Notes under the pieces: generated by a model | Told to the model about the DNA's origin: nothing | The model's database searches: none | What the model saw: the letters and a program-made list of their open reading frames with translations, nothing else | Source of the DNA: a virus | Taxonomy: Duplodnaviria > Heunggongvirae > Uroviricota > Caudoviricetes | DNA: 64,000 nucleotides | Virus record (IMG/VR): IMGVR_UViG_3300022822_000008 | Strand: one strand, 5' to 3' | Shown: positions 57,210-64,000 of the stretch, piece by piece | Layout of the letters: each line of letters starts with the position of its first letter | Numbering within the stretch: the stretch's first letter is position 1 | Translations under genes and position numbers: made by a program

Positions 57210-57237
57210 TATAAATAAACTAAATATTGTATAAATA
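57210..57237 (+). promoter_or_regulatory. tandem late promoters TATAAATA (57210-57217 and 57230-57237)
   Basis: Two exact consensus copies, each preceded by TTG. Confidence 0.8.
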
Positions 57238-57253
57238 TGCAAAAAGGATCGAA

Positions 57254-57694
57254 ATGAAAACATTAAAACAGATGTTGGACGAAGTTGCACAACCAAGTTC
57301 TGGTGATGAAAAGGCGTTTAAAGCCCAACACGCCATTAAAGTAATACCACACCCAGTAGCTCTAGAAACTCAGTTCAAAGGTACTATACCTAAACAGAGG
57401 CGCCTTGCTGATTATTTGAAAGGTGAAGATGAGTATGCTTATGATGCAGCCACCAATATCAGTAAACGTATGAAGGATCAATACGGCGAATCAGTAAACT
57501 TAGAAGAAGCATTTTCCGCTGGGGAAATGGACTTGGATACAGGTTCAGTTAATATTTCAAAAAAAGATGCTGACTTATTGAATTCTATGTTTAAAGATTT
57601 AAACCCCAAAAACAAGAAAGAATTCACTAGCGTTATGATGAAAGATAAATCTGGCTTTGACGAGATTCTTGGTTTTGCTAGAGAAGCATCATAA
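57254..57694 (+). CDS. putative prohead core/internal head protein
   Basis: Located between gp20 and gp21; contains L-x-E type processing sites (MLDE, NLEE). The likely ATG is at 57254 after AAGGA rather than the track start at 57227. Confidence 0.55.
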   Translation: MKTLKQMLDEVAQPSSGDEKAFKAQHAIKVIPHPVALETQFKGTIPKQRRLADYLKGEDEYAYDAATNISKRMKDQYGESVNLEEAFSAGEMDLDTGSVNISKKDADLLNSMFKDLNPKNKKEFTSVMMKDKSGFDEILGFAREAS

Positions 57695-57717
57695 CAAATA
57701 ATAAGAAGGGCATTTAA

Positions 57718-58398
57718 ATGAAACTAATAACTGAAGTATCCTCACAAGATTGTGAAGTTATTACCGAAGCAAACGAAGAAACTGGAAAGAAGTCATACTT
57801 CATTGAAGGTATTTTTATGCAAGGTGATATAAAAAATCGCAACGGCCGTGTCTATCCAAGTACAATACTCGAAAAAGAAATGGGTCGCTATCAAACAGAA
57901 TATATTCAACCTAAAAGAGCACTAGGAGAACTTGGACATCCAGACGGACCTGGCATTAACGGAGATCGCGTATCACATTTGATTGTAGAAATGCATAGAG
58001 AAGGAAATGACTTTTACGGAAAGGCTAAAATACTTGGCACCCCAATGGGCGAAATAGTAAAAACGTTTATTGATGAAGGAGTTAAGATAGGAGTTTCTAC
58101 TAGAGGCCTAGGTTCTGTTAAAACGAATAAAGAAGGTATAATGGAAGTACAAGAAGATTTTCAACTCGCAACAGTCGATATTGTAACTGATCCATCTGCG
58201 CCCAATGCTTTCGTAAATGGCATAATGGAAAATGTTGAGTATTACTATGATATTGCTGGAGGTAATTGGAAAGCAAGAGAAATGGTTGAACACATAGAAA
58301 AGGTTGCAAAGAAAGAATACAATAGAGTAGTTAAACACATGGATGAAGCAAAAGCCGCACAGATGTTAAATGCTTTTATTCGTACTTTGAAAAATTAA
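57718..58398 (+). CDS. gp21: prohead protease gp21
   Basis: Motifs MKLITE, IEGIFMQ...KNRNGRVY, ALGELGHP, GVSTRGLGS and DIV.DPSAP.AFV. Confidence 0.96.
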   Translation: MKLITEVSSQDCEVITEANEETGKKSYFIEGIFMQGDIKNRNGRVYPSTILEKEMGRYQTEYIQPKRALGELGHPDGPGINGDRVSHLIVEMHREGNDFYGKAKILGTPMGEIVKTFIDEGVKIGVSTRGLGSVKTNKEGIMEVQEDFQLATVDIVTDPSAPNAFVNGIMENVEYYYDIAGGNWKAREMVEHIEKVAKKEYNRVVKHMDEAKAAQMLNAFIRTLKN

Positions 58399-58403
58399 TT
58401 TTT

Positions 58404-58411
58404 TATAAATA
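58404..58411 (+). promoter_or_regulatory. T4-type late promoter TATAAATA for gp22
   Basis: Exact consensus, intergenic. Confidence 0.8.
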
Positions 58412-58452
58412 AATGATACAAACAAATTAAACATGAATATAGGAGAGCTATA

Positions 58453-59373
58453 ATGGCCGAAGGTAAAAAACCCATTTCTGATGATGGTTATTCAACTGCG
58501 AATGCTACTGTTACACCAGCTGGCGTAGATGATAAAAATAGAAAGAACAGTGAAGCTAAAAAGAAGCTTGATCTGAAGACACCAGGTAATGGCGTTAAAG
58601 AAGATAACGAACTCGAAGATGAGATTGTAATCGAAGTTGCCGAAGGTATGGAAACGATTTTCGAAGGTATGGACCTTTCAGAAGATTTTAAAAACAAGAT
58701 TAGCGTTGTTTTTGAAGCTGCAGTAAGCGAAAATGTTTCTCATAAAGTCAAGGCGATTGAAGAGTCTCTTGTTATTGAATTAGACGAACACCTGCAAGAA
58801 TGCATTACTGAAAAAATGGCTTCTATTGTTGAAAATGTAGATTCATATTTGGACTATGTCGTTAATGAATGGATGAACGATAACGAAATAGCTATCGAAT
58901 CAGGCGTTAAAGTTTCAATGGCTGAATCACTAATGTCAGGTTTAACTGAATTGTTTGCAGAACATAATATTGAAGTTTCGGAAGAAACAGTTGATGTTGT
59001 TTCTAGTCTCGAAACAGAATTGTCTAATTTAGAAGTTTCTTCAAATAAAGTTGTAAATGAAAATATTAGATTAAATCAAGCTATTGCAGTTATGAATGCT
59101 GAAAAGACATTCAATGAAGTAACTGAAGGTTTAACTTTATCACAGCGCGAACGTATGAAAACTTTATCAGAAAATCTTGATATTAACAATTCAGAAAAAT
59201 ATGCTGGTAGTTTAAACACAATAAAAGAATCATTCTTTGGTGAAAATAAATCAAAGGTAACTGAAGTAGAAGAAACTGAAATCATTACGGAAAATGAAGA
59301 AATGCCAAAGGCAAGCTCGGATTACGGATCGATCAATGCTCTAGTAGAGTCATTCAACAAAAAGAATAAATAA
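58453..59373 (+). CDS. gp22: prohead scaffolding protein gp22
   Basis: Motifs LSEDFK.K...VFEAAV, VDSYLDYVV.EW..DNE.AIE.G and IKESFF; acidic coiled coil. Confidence 0.93.
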   Translation: MAEGKKPISDDGYSTANATVTPAGVDDKNRKNSEAKKKLDLKTPGNGVKEDNELEDEIVIEVAEGMETIFEGMDLSEDFKNKISVVFEAAVSENVSHKVKAIEESLVIELDEHLQECITEKMASIVENVDSYLDYVVNEWMNDNEIAIESGVKVSMAESLMSGLTELFAEHNIEVSEETVDVVSSLETELSNLEVSSNKVVNENIRLNQAIAVMNAEKTFNEVTEGLTLSQRERMKTLSENLDINNSEKYAGSLNTIKESFFGENKSKVTEVEETEIITENEEMPKASSDYGSINALVESFNKKNK

Positions 59374-59391
59374 CTTAGAGATTTTAAGTTT

Positions 59392-59399
59392 TATAAATA
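59392..59399 (+). promoter_or_regulatory. T4-type late promoter TATAAATA for gp23
   Basis: Exact consensus, intergenic. Confidence 0.82.
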
Positions 59400-59451
59400 A
59401 TATTAATAAAAAAACAATATTTAATCAATACTAATAAGGAGATAGAGCATT

Positions 59452-60780
59452 ATGTCTCAGTCAAACTATAAAAACCTTGTTGAAAAATGGGCTCCAATTC
59501 TAGAGCATGCATCATTCAACCCGATCAAAGACGCTCACAAGCGTTCTGTTACTGCTACTATTCTTGAAAATACTGAGCGTGCTTTACAAGAATCAGGCGA
59601 TACTTCTGCTAACATGAGTTCTTTGTTAAACGAAACCCACGCAAACGATGCAGGTACTGGCGGATTTAGTTCTGCATCAGCTGCTGGTGGACCAACTGCA
59701 GGTTATGACCCTGTATTGATTTCACTTGTTCGTCGTGCAATGCCTAACCTTATCGCTTATGATATTTGCGGCGTTCAGCCTATGACTGGTCCTACTGGAC
59801 TAATCTTCGCTATGCGTTCAAAATATTCAAACCAAGCGGGTGAAGAAACTTTCTTCGATGAATCAAATACTGCTTTCTCTGGAACTGGCACTCAAACAGG
59901 TGTTCCATTAAATCCTGCTGATGTTGCTAATCCTGCATTATTCGATTATGGAACTGGTATGGACACAGGTGTTGCTGAAGCACTTGGTGACGGAAACGGA
60001 ACCAACTACGCAGAAATGGCTTTCTCAATCGAAAAAGTTACTGTTGCTGCTAAGTCTCGTGCATTGAAAGCTGAATACACAACTGAACTTGCACAAGACC
60101 TTAAGGCTGTACACGGACTTGATGCTGAAACTGAACTTGCTAACATCCTTCAAAGTGAAATCCTTGCGGAAATTAACCGTGAAGTTGTTCGTACAATTTA
60201 TAAGACGTCTGTAATCGGTGCTGCTAATACAGCTACTGCTGGTGTATTCGACCTTGATGTTGATGCGAATGGTCGTTGGTCTGTTGAGAAATTCAAGGGT
60301 TTGATGTTCCAAATCGAGCAAGAAGCTAACGCAATTGCTAAAGCGACTCGTCGTGGTAAAGGTAATATGGTAATCTGTTCATCTGATGTTGCATCTGCAC
60401 TTCAAATGGCTGGTGTACTTGATTATACTCCTGCATTAAACAGTAACAGTCTTGATGTTGACGATACAGGCAATACATTTGCTGGTGTTCTTAACGGCCG
60501 TTACAAAGTTTATATCGACCCGTTCGCAGGTACTAACTACCTAGTTGTTGGCTATAAAGGTTCAAGTGCATTCGATGCTGGTATCTTCTATTGCCCATAC
60601 GTTCCGTTACAAATGGTTCGTGCTGTTGGTGAAAATAGTTTCCAACCTAAAATCGGTTTCAAAACCCGTTATGGTATGGTTGCTAACCCTTATGCTGAAG
60701 GTAAAACTGCAGGCCTTGGTGCAATCACTGTTAACACTAACGTATATTACCGCAAGGTAAGAATATCGAATCTCTTCTAA
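59452..60780 (+). CDS. gp23: major capsid protein gp23
   Basis: Motifs LVRRAMPNLIAYDICGVQPMTGPTGLIFAMR, AKSRALKAEY..ELAQDLKAVHGLDAE.EL and FQPKIGFKTRYG. Confidence 0.98.
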   Translation: MSQSNYKNLVEKWAPILEHASFNPIKDAHKRSVTATILENTERALQESGDTSANMSSLLNETHANDAGTGGFSSASAAGGPTAGYDPVLISLVRRAMPNLIAYDICGVQPMTGPTGLIFAMRSKYSNQAGEETFFDESNTAFSGTGTQTGVPLNPADVANPALFDYGTGMDTGVAEALGDGNGTNYAEMAFSIEKVTVAAKSRALKAEYTTELAQDLKAVHGLDAETELANILQSEILAEINREVVRTIYKTSVIGAANTATAGVFDLDVDANGRWSVEKFKGLMFQIEQEANAIAKATRRGKGNMVICSSDVASALQMAGVLDYTPALNSNSLDVDDTGNTFAGVLNGRYKVYIDPFAGTNYLVVGYKGSSAFDAGIFYCPYVPLQMVRAVGENSFQPKIGFKTRYGMVANPYAEGKTAGLGAITVNTNVYYRKVRISNLF

Positions 60781-60831
60781 GAGATTCTATTTTCTGAAAT
60801 ACTAATAAGAATCATTCAATTGATCATTTAC

Positions 60832-60857
60832 AAAGACACCTTCGGGTGTCTTTTTTT
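60832..60857 (+). terminator. rho-independent terminator with C-UUCG-G tetraloop
   Basis: GACACC-TTCG-GGTGTC followed by T7; T4-typical hairpin after gp23. Confidence 0.92.
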
Positions 60858-60869
60858 GTCTGCAAAAAG

Positions 60870-60877
60870 TATAAATA
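60870..60877 (+). promoter_or_regulatory. T4-type late promoter TATAAATA
   Basis: Exact consensus just downstream of the gp23 terminator. Confidence 0.75.
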
Positions 60878-60901
60878 ATATTTTAACGATAGGATAATAA
60901 A

Positions 60902-61075
60902 ATGAAAGAACAGTTAATGGAAGTAAAAGGTATGTCATACGAGGCTTGTATGAGTAAAGCAAGACATTGTGTATCGGAAGGTTACATACCACAAGACGAG
61001 ATGGTCTCATATGCTAGACATTTATATGAAACACATAATAATGCTCAGTATAATGGTGGAGTTCAGTTACTATAA
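60902..61075 (+). CDS. 57-aa hypothetical late protein (not in the ORF track)
   Basis: Manually translated as MKEQLMEVKGMSYEACMSKARHCVSEGYIPQDEMVSYARHLYETHNNAQYNGGVQLL; AGGA RBS and a late promoter upstream. Confidence 0.7.
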   Translation: MKEQLMEVKGMSYEACMSKARHCVSEGYIPQDEMVSYARHLYETHNNAQYNGGVQLL

Positions 61076-61079
61076 ACAT

Positions 61080-61112
61080 AAAAAATCCGTATTAAGACAT
61101 TCCTAATACGGA
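61080..61112 (-). terminator. rho-independent terminator for the minus-strand early genes
   Basis: The minus strand reads TCCGTATTAGGA-ATG-TCTTAATACGGA-TTTTTT: a 12-bp stem with one G-U pair followed by a U tract. Confidence 0.8.
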
Positions 61113-61129
61113 CAAAACGAGATTTTTAC

Positions 61130-61378
61130 TTAACCGCCAAATATTTCTTCGTACAAACCTTGCAAGTCTTCAGATTCAGTTTTAACGTCATTATAATTTT
61201 GTCGATGATAAATTGCTGCCAACCGTTTGATATGTTTCTTGTCGATTTCTACTTCGTCAGTAACTTTTTCAACGATTTCTTTAATAAGTTCAGCTTCAGA
61301 TTCTCTACGTAGCATTGAGTTAGAGATTTCTTTACAAGCATTTTCAACGATCTTACGATCTGCTGGGTTTGATATCAT
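61130..61378 (-). CDS. dsbA: T4 DsbA-like double-stranded DNA-binding protein
   Basis: 82 aa with ELIKEI....DE..ID.K...RL.A.YH..N......E.E....LY..IF, matching the T4 DsbA pattern. Confidence 0.8.
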   Translation of the reverse strand: MISNPADRKIVENACKEISNSMLRRESEAELIKEIVEKVTDEVEIDKKHIKRLAAIYHRQNYNDVKTESEDLQGLYEEIFGG

Positions 61379-61503
61379 TCTGTATTTCCTTCATCAATTG
61401 ATTAATAGTTTTATTTTGGGTAAAGGGGTTGAGGACATTACATCCTCAGTTTACATAATTTATCCTCTTGTTGTTTAATAGCATCTATTCTGTTTGGACG
61501 TTC

Positions 61504-61532
61504 ATTATATCAAACTTTTTTGATTATGTCAA
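61504..61532 (-). promoter_or_regulatory. sigma70-type early promoter
   Basis: TTGACA-N17-TATAAT, perfect consensus with an extended TG. Confidence 0.88.
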
Positions 61533-61535
61533 CCA

Positions 61536-61712
61536 TTAATATGAACAACAACCGTTTATTCGAGAATAATATTCTTCTTCTGATATTTCAGTAACCGTCA
61601 CATTTTTATGACCGGCAAAATAATGTTCTTTTGTTTCCGCCAAGTCAGATTCATGCACCCAAATACCACGGTTATTTTTACGAGATTGTATAATAAAATA
61701 TTTGTCTTCCAT
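61536..61712 (-). CDS. 58-aa hypothetical early protein (not in the ORF track)
   Basis: Manually translated as MEDKYFIIQSRKNNRGIWVHESDLAETKEHYFAGHKNVTVTEISEEEYYSRINGCCSY; AGAG RBS; lies directly downstream of a promoter. Confidence 0.65.
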   Translation of the reverse strand: MEDKYFIIQSRKNNRGIWVHESDLAETKEHYFAGHKNVTVTEISEEEYYSRINGCCSY

Positions 61713-61747
61713 AATTTTTCTCTTTTTTGTATTGTTTCAATACATAT

Positions 61748-61776
61748 ACTATAACAAATGGTGCAGTATGTGTCAA
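61748..61776 (-). promoter_or_regulatory. sigma70-type early promoter
   Basis: TTGACA-N17-TATAGT with an extended TG. Confidence 0.8.
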
Positions 61777-61798
61777 CCATTTTAGCATAATATTTTTT

Positions 61799-61806
61799 TA
61801 TAAATA
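61799..61806 (+). promoter_or_regulatory. T4-type late promoter TATAAATA for the membrane protein/receiver operon
   Basis: Exact consensus 36 nt before the start at 61843; divergent from the early promoter. Confidence 0.75.
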
Positions 61807-61842
61807 AATACACCACAAACAATAATAGGATACTAAGCTATA

Positions 61843-62088
61843 ATGGATGCATTCAATTATTTGACTATAGGTTTAGGATTAGTTAACTTATTTTTAGTCC
61901 TAGTCATCTTACCTATGCGTTCTCAAATAAGGGACGCTGAACAAGATTTAAAAGACCTTCGAAGCACAGTACAAACTCGTTACATGAGCAAAACCGATTT
62001 CAAAGATCACCTTGAAAGAATTGAAAAGGCCTTAGATGAAGTTAAATCTATGTTGTTGATGAATACTCCTTTGGGTAAAGGTAAATAA
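61843..62088 (+). CDS. 81-aa single-pass membrane protein with a coiled-coil tail
   Basis: Hydrophobic segment LTIGLGLVNLFLVLVILPM followed by heptads and YMSKTDF...LERIEKALD; AGGA RBS. Confidence 0.75.
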   Translation: MDAFNYLTIGLGLVNLFLVLVILPMRSQIRDAEQDLKDLRSTVQTRYMSKTDFKDHLERIEKALDEVKSMLLMNTPLGKGK

Positions 62089-62090
62089 TA

Positions 62091-62546
62091 ATGAAAGTAA
62101 TATTAATTGTAGACGATAAAAATGAATTAACTTCTATGTTTGATAGACAAGAAGATAAGATTGTCTGCATTGATAATACTTGCAATATAGTAGATCTAGC
62201 AACGGATCTTAAACCCGACCTTATATTACTTGACTTGAGCTCAACAGAAAAAAGTGAGATCGTTACATACGGAGAATTAAAAGATAGCGATATTACTAAA
62301 AATATCCCAGTCATAATCATAACCGCAAGCACGAATCACTTTGACTCTATGAAAATAGGCCTTGATATGGTAATCGAAAAGCCTTTTATTCGAGAATATC
62401 TACATGAAGTCATAAGGACTCGATTTTCTAATGAACAAATTTCACGAGCGCTTGACACCGCATCCTTGGCAATTTCTAAACTTAAAATATGTCAGTGTGA
62501 AGGCTTATGTTCAGATGATTTGATACAATCTAAACTAAATCTTTAA
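62091..62546 (+). CDS. CheY-like single-domain response regulator (receiver domain)
   Basis: ILIVDD, KPDLILLD, TKNIPVIIITA and EKPF: all canonical REC residues in the expected order and spacing. Confidence 0.82.
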   Translation: MKVILIVDDKNELTSMFDRQEDKIVCIDNTCNIVDLATDLKPDLILLDLSSTEKSEIVTYGELKDSDITKNIPVIIITASTNHFDSMKIGLDMVIEKPFIREYLHEVIRTRFSNEQISRALDTASLAISKLKICQCEGLCSDDLIQSKLNL

Positions 62547-62730
62547 TTTTAACAATATCTAAACTACCATCCGCCAACTCTACCTGCTTCACATACCCAT
62601 TTTCAATCAATATGTCCATTGTGGTTTCTGCCACTAATTTCGAATGTTCAGTAAGTGATTGACTCCTTCCAATTCTCCAACCGACAAAAGTAAAACATAG
62701 TGCTGAAACTAAGAATAATAACATTTCCAT
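62530..62730 (-). CDS. 66-aa membrane-anchored hypothetical early protein
   Basis: N-terminal hydrophobic helix, GAGG RBS and a promoter upstream. Confidence 0.7.
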   Translation of the reverse strand: MEMLLFLVSALCFTFVGWRIGRSQSLTEHSKLVAETTMDILIENGYVKQVELADGSLDIVKIKDLV

Positions 62731-62770
62731 TTTAATATACCTCTTTATTGTATTTGTTTGCGATAGATCT

Positions 62771-62799
62771 ATTATAACATAGACTCACTGTTCTGTCAA
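62771..62799 (-). promoter_or_regulatory. sigma70-type early promoter
   Basis: TTGACA-N17-TATAAT, perfect consensus with an extended TG; overlaps the end of the upstream gene. Confidence 0.85.
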
Positions 62800-63357
62800 A
62801 CTATTTTTCATTTTATTTAAAAACCATTCTGGAATTTCTCTCTTGTGCCAAACCATCTTTACGTAACTTAATTTCGTTACATAGTAGTTTCTGTATGATT
62901 CTACTGGGTCATCTTCAACTATACATTCAGGAAATAGTGACATAGCAATGCGAAATTTAGTTGGTCCAACATCTGGTATATTCTTGGGAGGCTTTGACAA
63001 TAACACTCTCATTTTTTCATCAGACATGTGAGTCTTTCCATATCTAAATGTGTATTCATTACATAAAGCAATAAAGTGTCTGTAATGCCAATCGTAGTTC
63101 GATTTTGATTCTCTTGTCCAGACAACACAAGGATGTTTTTGGTGCACAGCTTTGTAATACAGTTCGTTATCGTCTGTGAGTGTGTACCTACTAACCTTCC
63201 TTCCGCTCTTTGATACATCATAATAATGGACGCCATCACACAGCCTATGCACTGTGGATAACATCTGAGCAGATTCTAGTATCATCTTTACAACATGTTT
63301 ATTGCATTGTTCTTGTGCCGATATTATGGGACATTCGTTGAGTAAAAATATATTCAT
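62785..63357 (-). CDS. pyrimidine-dimer DNA glycosylase/endonuclease V (DenV)-like family protein
   Basis: Motifs MNIF.L, HVVKMILESAQMLST, H..HPC..W, LC.EYT.RYGK.H and YR.YY. Confidence 0.75.
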   Translation of the reverse strand: MNIFLLNECPIISAQEQCNKHVVKMILESAQMLSTVHRLCDGVHYYDVSKSGRKVSRYTLTDDNELYYKAVHQKHPCVVWTRESKSNYDWHYRHFIALCNEYTFRYGKTHMSDEKMRVLLSKPPKNIPDVGPTKFRIAMSLFPECIVEDDPVESYRNYYVTKLSYVKMVWHKREIPEWFLNKMKNSLTEQ

Positions 63358-63386
63358 AATTTTTCTTTTTCATATTCAATACAAAC

Positions 63387-63415
63387 ATTTTATAACAAAG
63401 CTGCGTTGATGTCAA
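63387..63415 (-). promoter_or_regulatory. sigma70-type early promoter
   Basis: TTGACA-N17-TAAAAT. Confidence 0.78.
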
Positions 63416-63419
63416 CACA

Positions 63420-63536
63420 TTAAGCTTCTAAGTTGTAACATTCTTCACACGTAAATTGGTCAGGACTTTCTTCTTCAACGGGAGTTAAACACTTGCATAC
63501 TTCACATATAAATTTAGTTTCTTCGTCGTCGTACAT
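63420..63536 (-). CDS. 38-aa acidic zinc-ribbon microprotein (not in the ORF track)
   Basis: Manually translated as MYDDEETKFICEVCKCLTPVEEESPDQFTCEECYNLEA, with two CxxC motifs; fills the gap between its neighbours. Confidence 0.65.
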   Translation of the reverse strand: MYDDEETKFICEVCKCLTPVEEESPDQFTCEECYNLEA

Positions 63537-63551
63537 AATTTATTACTCATT

Positions 63552-63818
63552 TTATAATTTTGAAAGATTAATGATGTTTAGTTGCTTCATCATATTTGAA
63601 TTTAGATAAGCAGTTGATTTGAATGGTGCCCGCGTAAATCTGCGCGAAATATATTCGATAGTATAATAATCGCAGTTAACAAATGCATCAGCTGTGGGTA
63701 AATTGCGGCAGATTTTAACAACTTCGCCTATATTTACGCCGTCTGCTGAGGACCATTTAACTTCTTCGCCGACTTCTGCGTAATCTGATTCTTCGTATTT
63801 TACTAATTTGGTTTCCAT
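63552..63818 (-). CDS. 88-aa hypothetical early protein
   Basis: The likely ATG is at 63818 after AAGGA (the track start is 63851); promoter upstream. Confidence 0.7.
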   Translation of the reverse strand: METKLVKYEESDYAEVGEEVKWSSADGVNIGEVVKICRNLPTADAFVNCDYYTIEYISRRFTRAPFKSTAYLNSNMMKQLNIINLSKL

Positions 63819-63858
63819 AATAGTTTCCTTTATTGTTGTGTTTCGATTCAATATAACT

Positions 63859-63886
63859 ATTATATCAAAACTAAAGTTGAAGTCAA
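63859..63886 (-). promoter_or_regulatory. sigma70-type early promoter
   Basis: TTGACT-N16-TATAAT with an extended TG. Confidence 0.72.
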
Positions 63887-63893
63887 CTATTAT

Positions 63894-63998
63894 TTAAAGG
63901 TAGGGAAATTTTGAGATGTTGTAAACGTTGGCGTGTAGGTGGGTTTCTTGATTTAACTTATCTATCTCAGCGATCCCATTAAAGAAATCGCTGAGTAA
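63894..63998 (-). CDS. 3' end of a hypothetical gene running off the window
   Basis: Open frame LLSDFFNGIAEIDKLNQETHLHANVYNISKFPYL followed by a stop. Confidence 0.45.
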   Translation of the reverse strand, partial: LLSDFFNGIAEIDKLNQETHLHANVYNISKFPYL

Positions 63999-64000
63999 TT

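Noticed and set aside
264-59285. Numerous 60-200 aa minus-strand ORFs opposite the structural genes
   Set aside because: They are antisense shadows of strongly biased + strand coding, with no recognisable motifs or expression signals.
48137-60780. Introns, inteins or homing endonucleases in gp17, gp18, gp20 or gp23
   Set aside because: The ORFs are uninterrupted and of ordinary length, with no intein, HNH, GIY-YIG or LAGLIDADG motifs.
60828-61822. Track ORFs 60828..61010 minus, 61227..61478 plus and 61598..61822 minus
   Set aside because: They overlap terminators, promoters or better-supported genes (60902..61075 plus, dsbA, 61536..61712 minus) and lack an RBS.
1-64000. Stop-codon reassignment, tRNA or rRNA genes
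   Set aside because: Genes are intact in the standard code, with TAA, TAG (e.g. 40279, 42092, 48137) and TGA (62785) all used as stops; the intergenic gaps show no cloverleaf or rRNA-like sequence.

Overview
This window is the virion morphogenesis region of a large, AT-rich T4-superfamily myovirus whose gene content resembles aquatic cyanophage/alphaproteobacterial T4-like phages; the host cannot be determined from this window. The + strand runs in this order: a partial M15-peptidase-domain protein, baseplate gp25-gp6-gp7-gp8, a VrlC-like protein, about 32 kb of giant fibre/appendage genes with three S74 chaperones, a glycan-enzyme pair and an array of small paralogues, then gp13-gp14-gp15-gp16-gp17-gp18-gp19-gp20, an inserted lectin-like cassette, and gp21-gp22-gp23. 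TATAAATA late promoters punctuate this block. The last 3 kb is a minus-strand early region with five sigma70-type promoters, dsbA and a DenV-like gene, interrupted by a late two-gene operon (membrane protein plus CheY-like receiver). The most striking observation is that the 2274-aa appendage protein carries ten tandem 139-161 aa helical repeats resembling the phycobiliprotein globin fold, nine of which keep the C-x-R-D bilin-attachment motif. Two genes downstream, a Gly-X-Gln collagen fibre carries a cupredoxin-like domain with a His/Cys/His/Met ligand set. The small protein encoded between them is duplicated 35 kb away, fused to foreign-looking lectin domains. All family assignments come from motif recognition by eye; no database searches were run.
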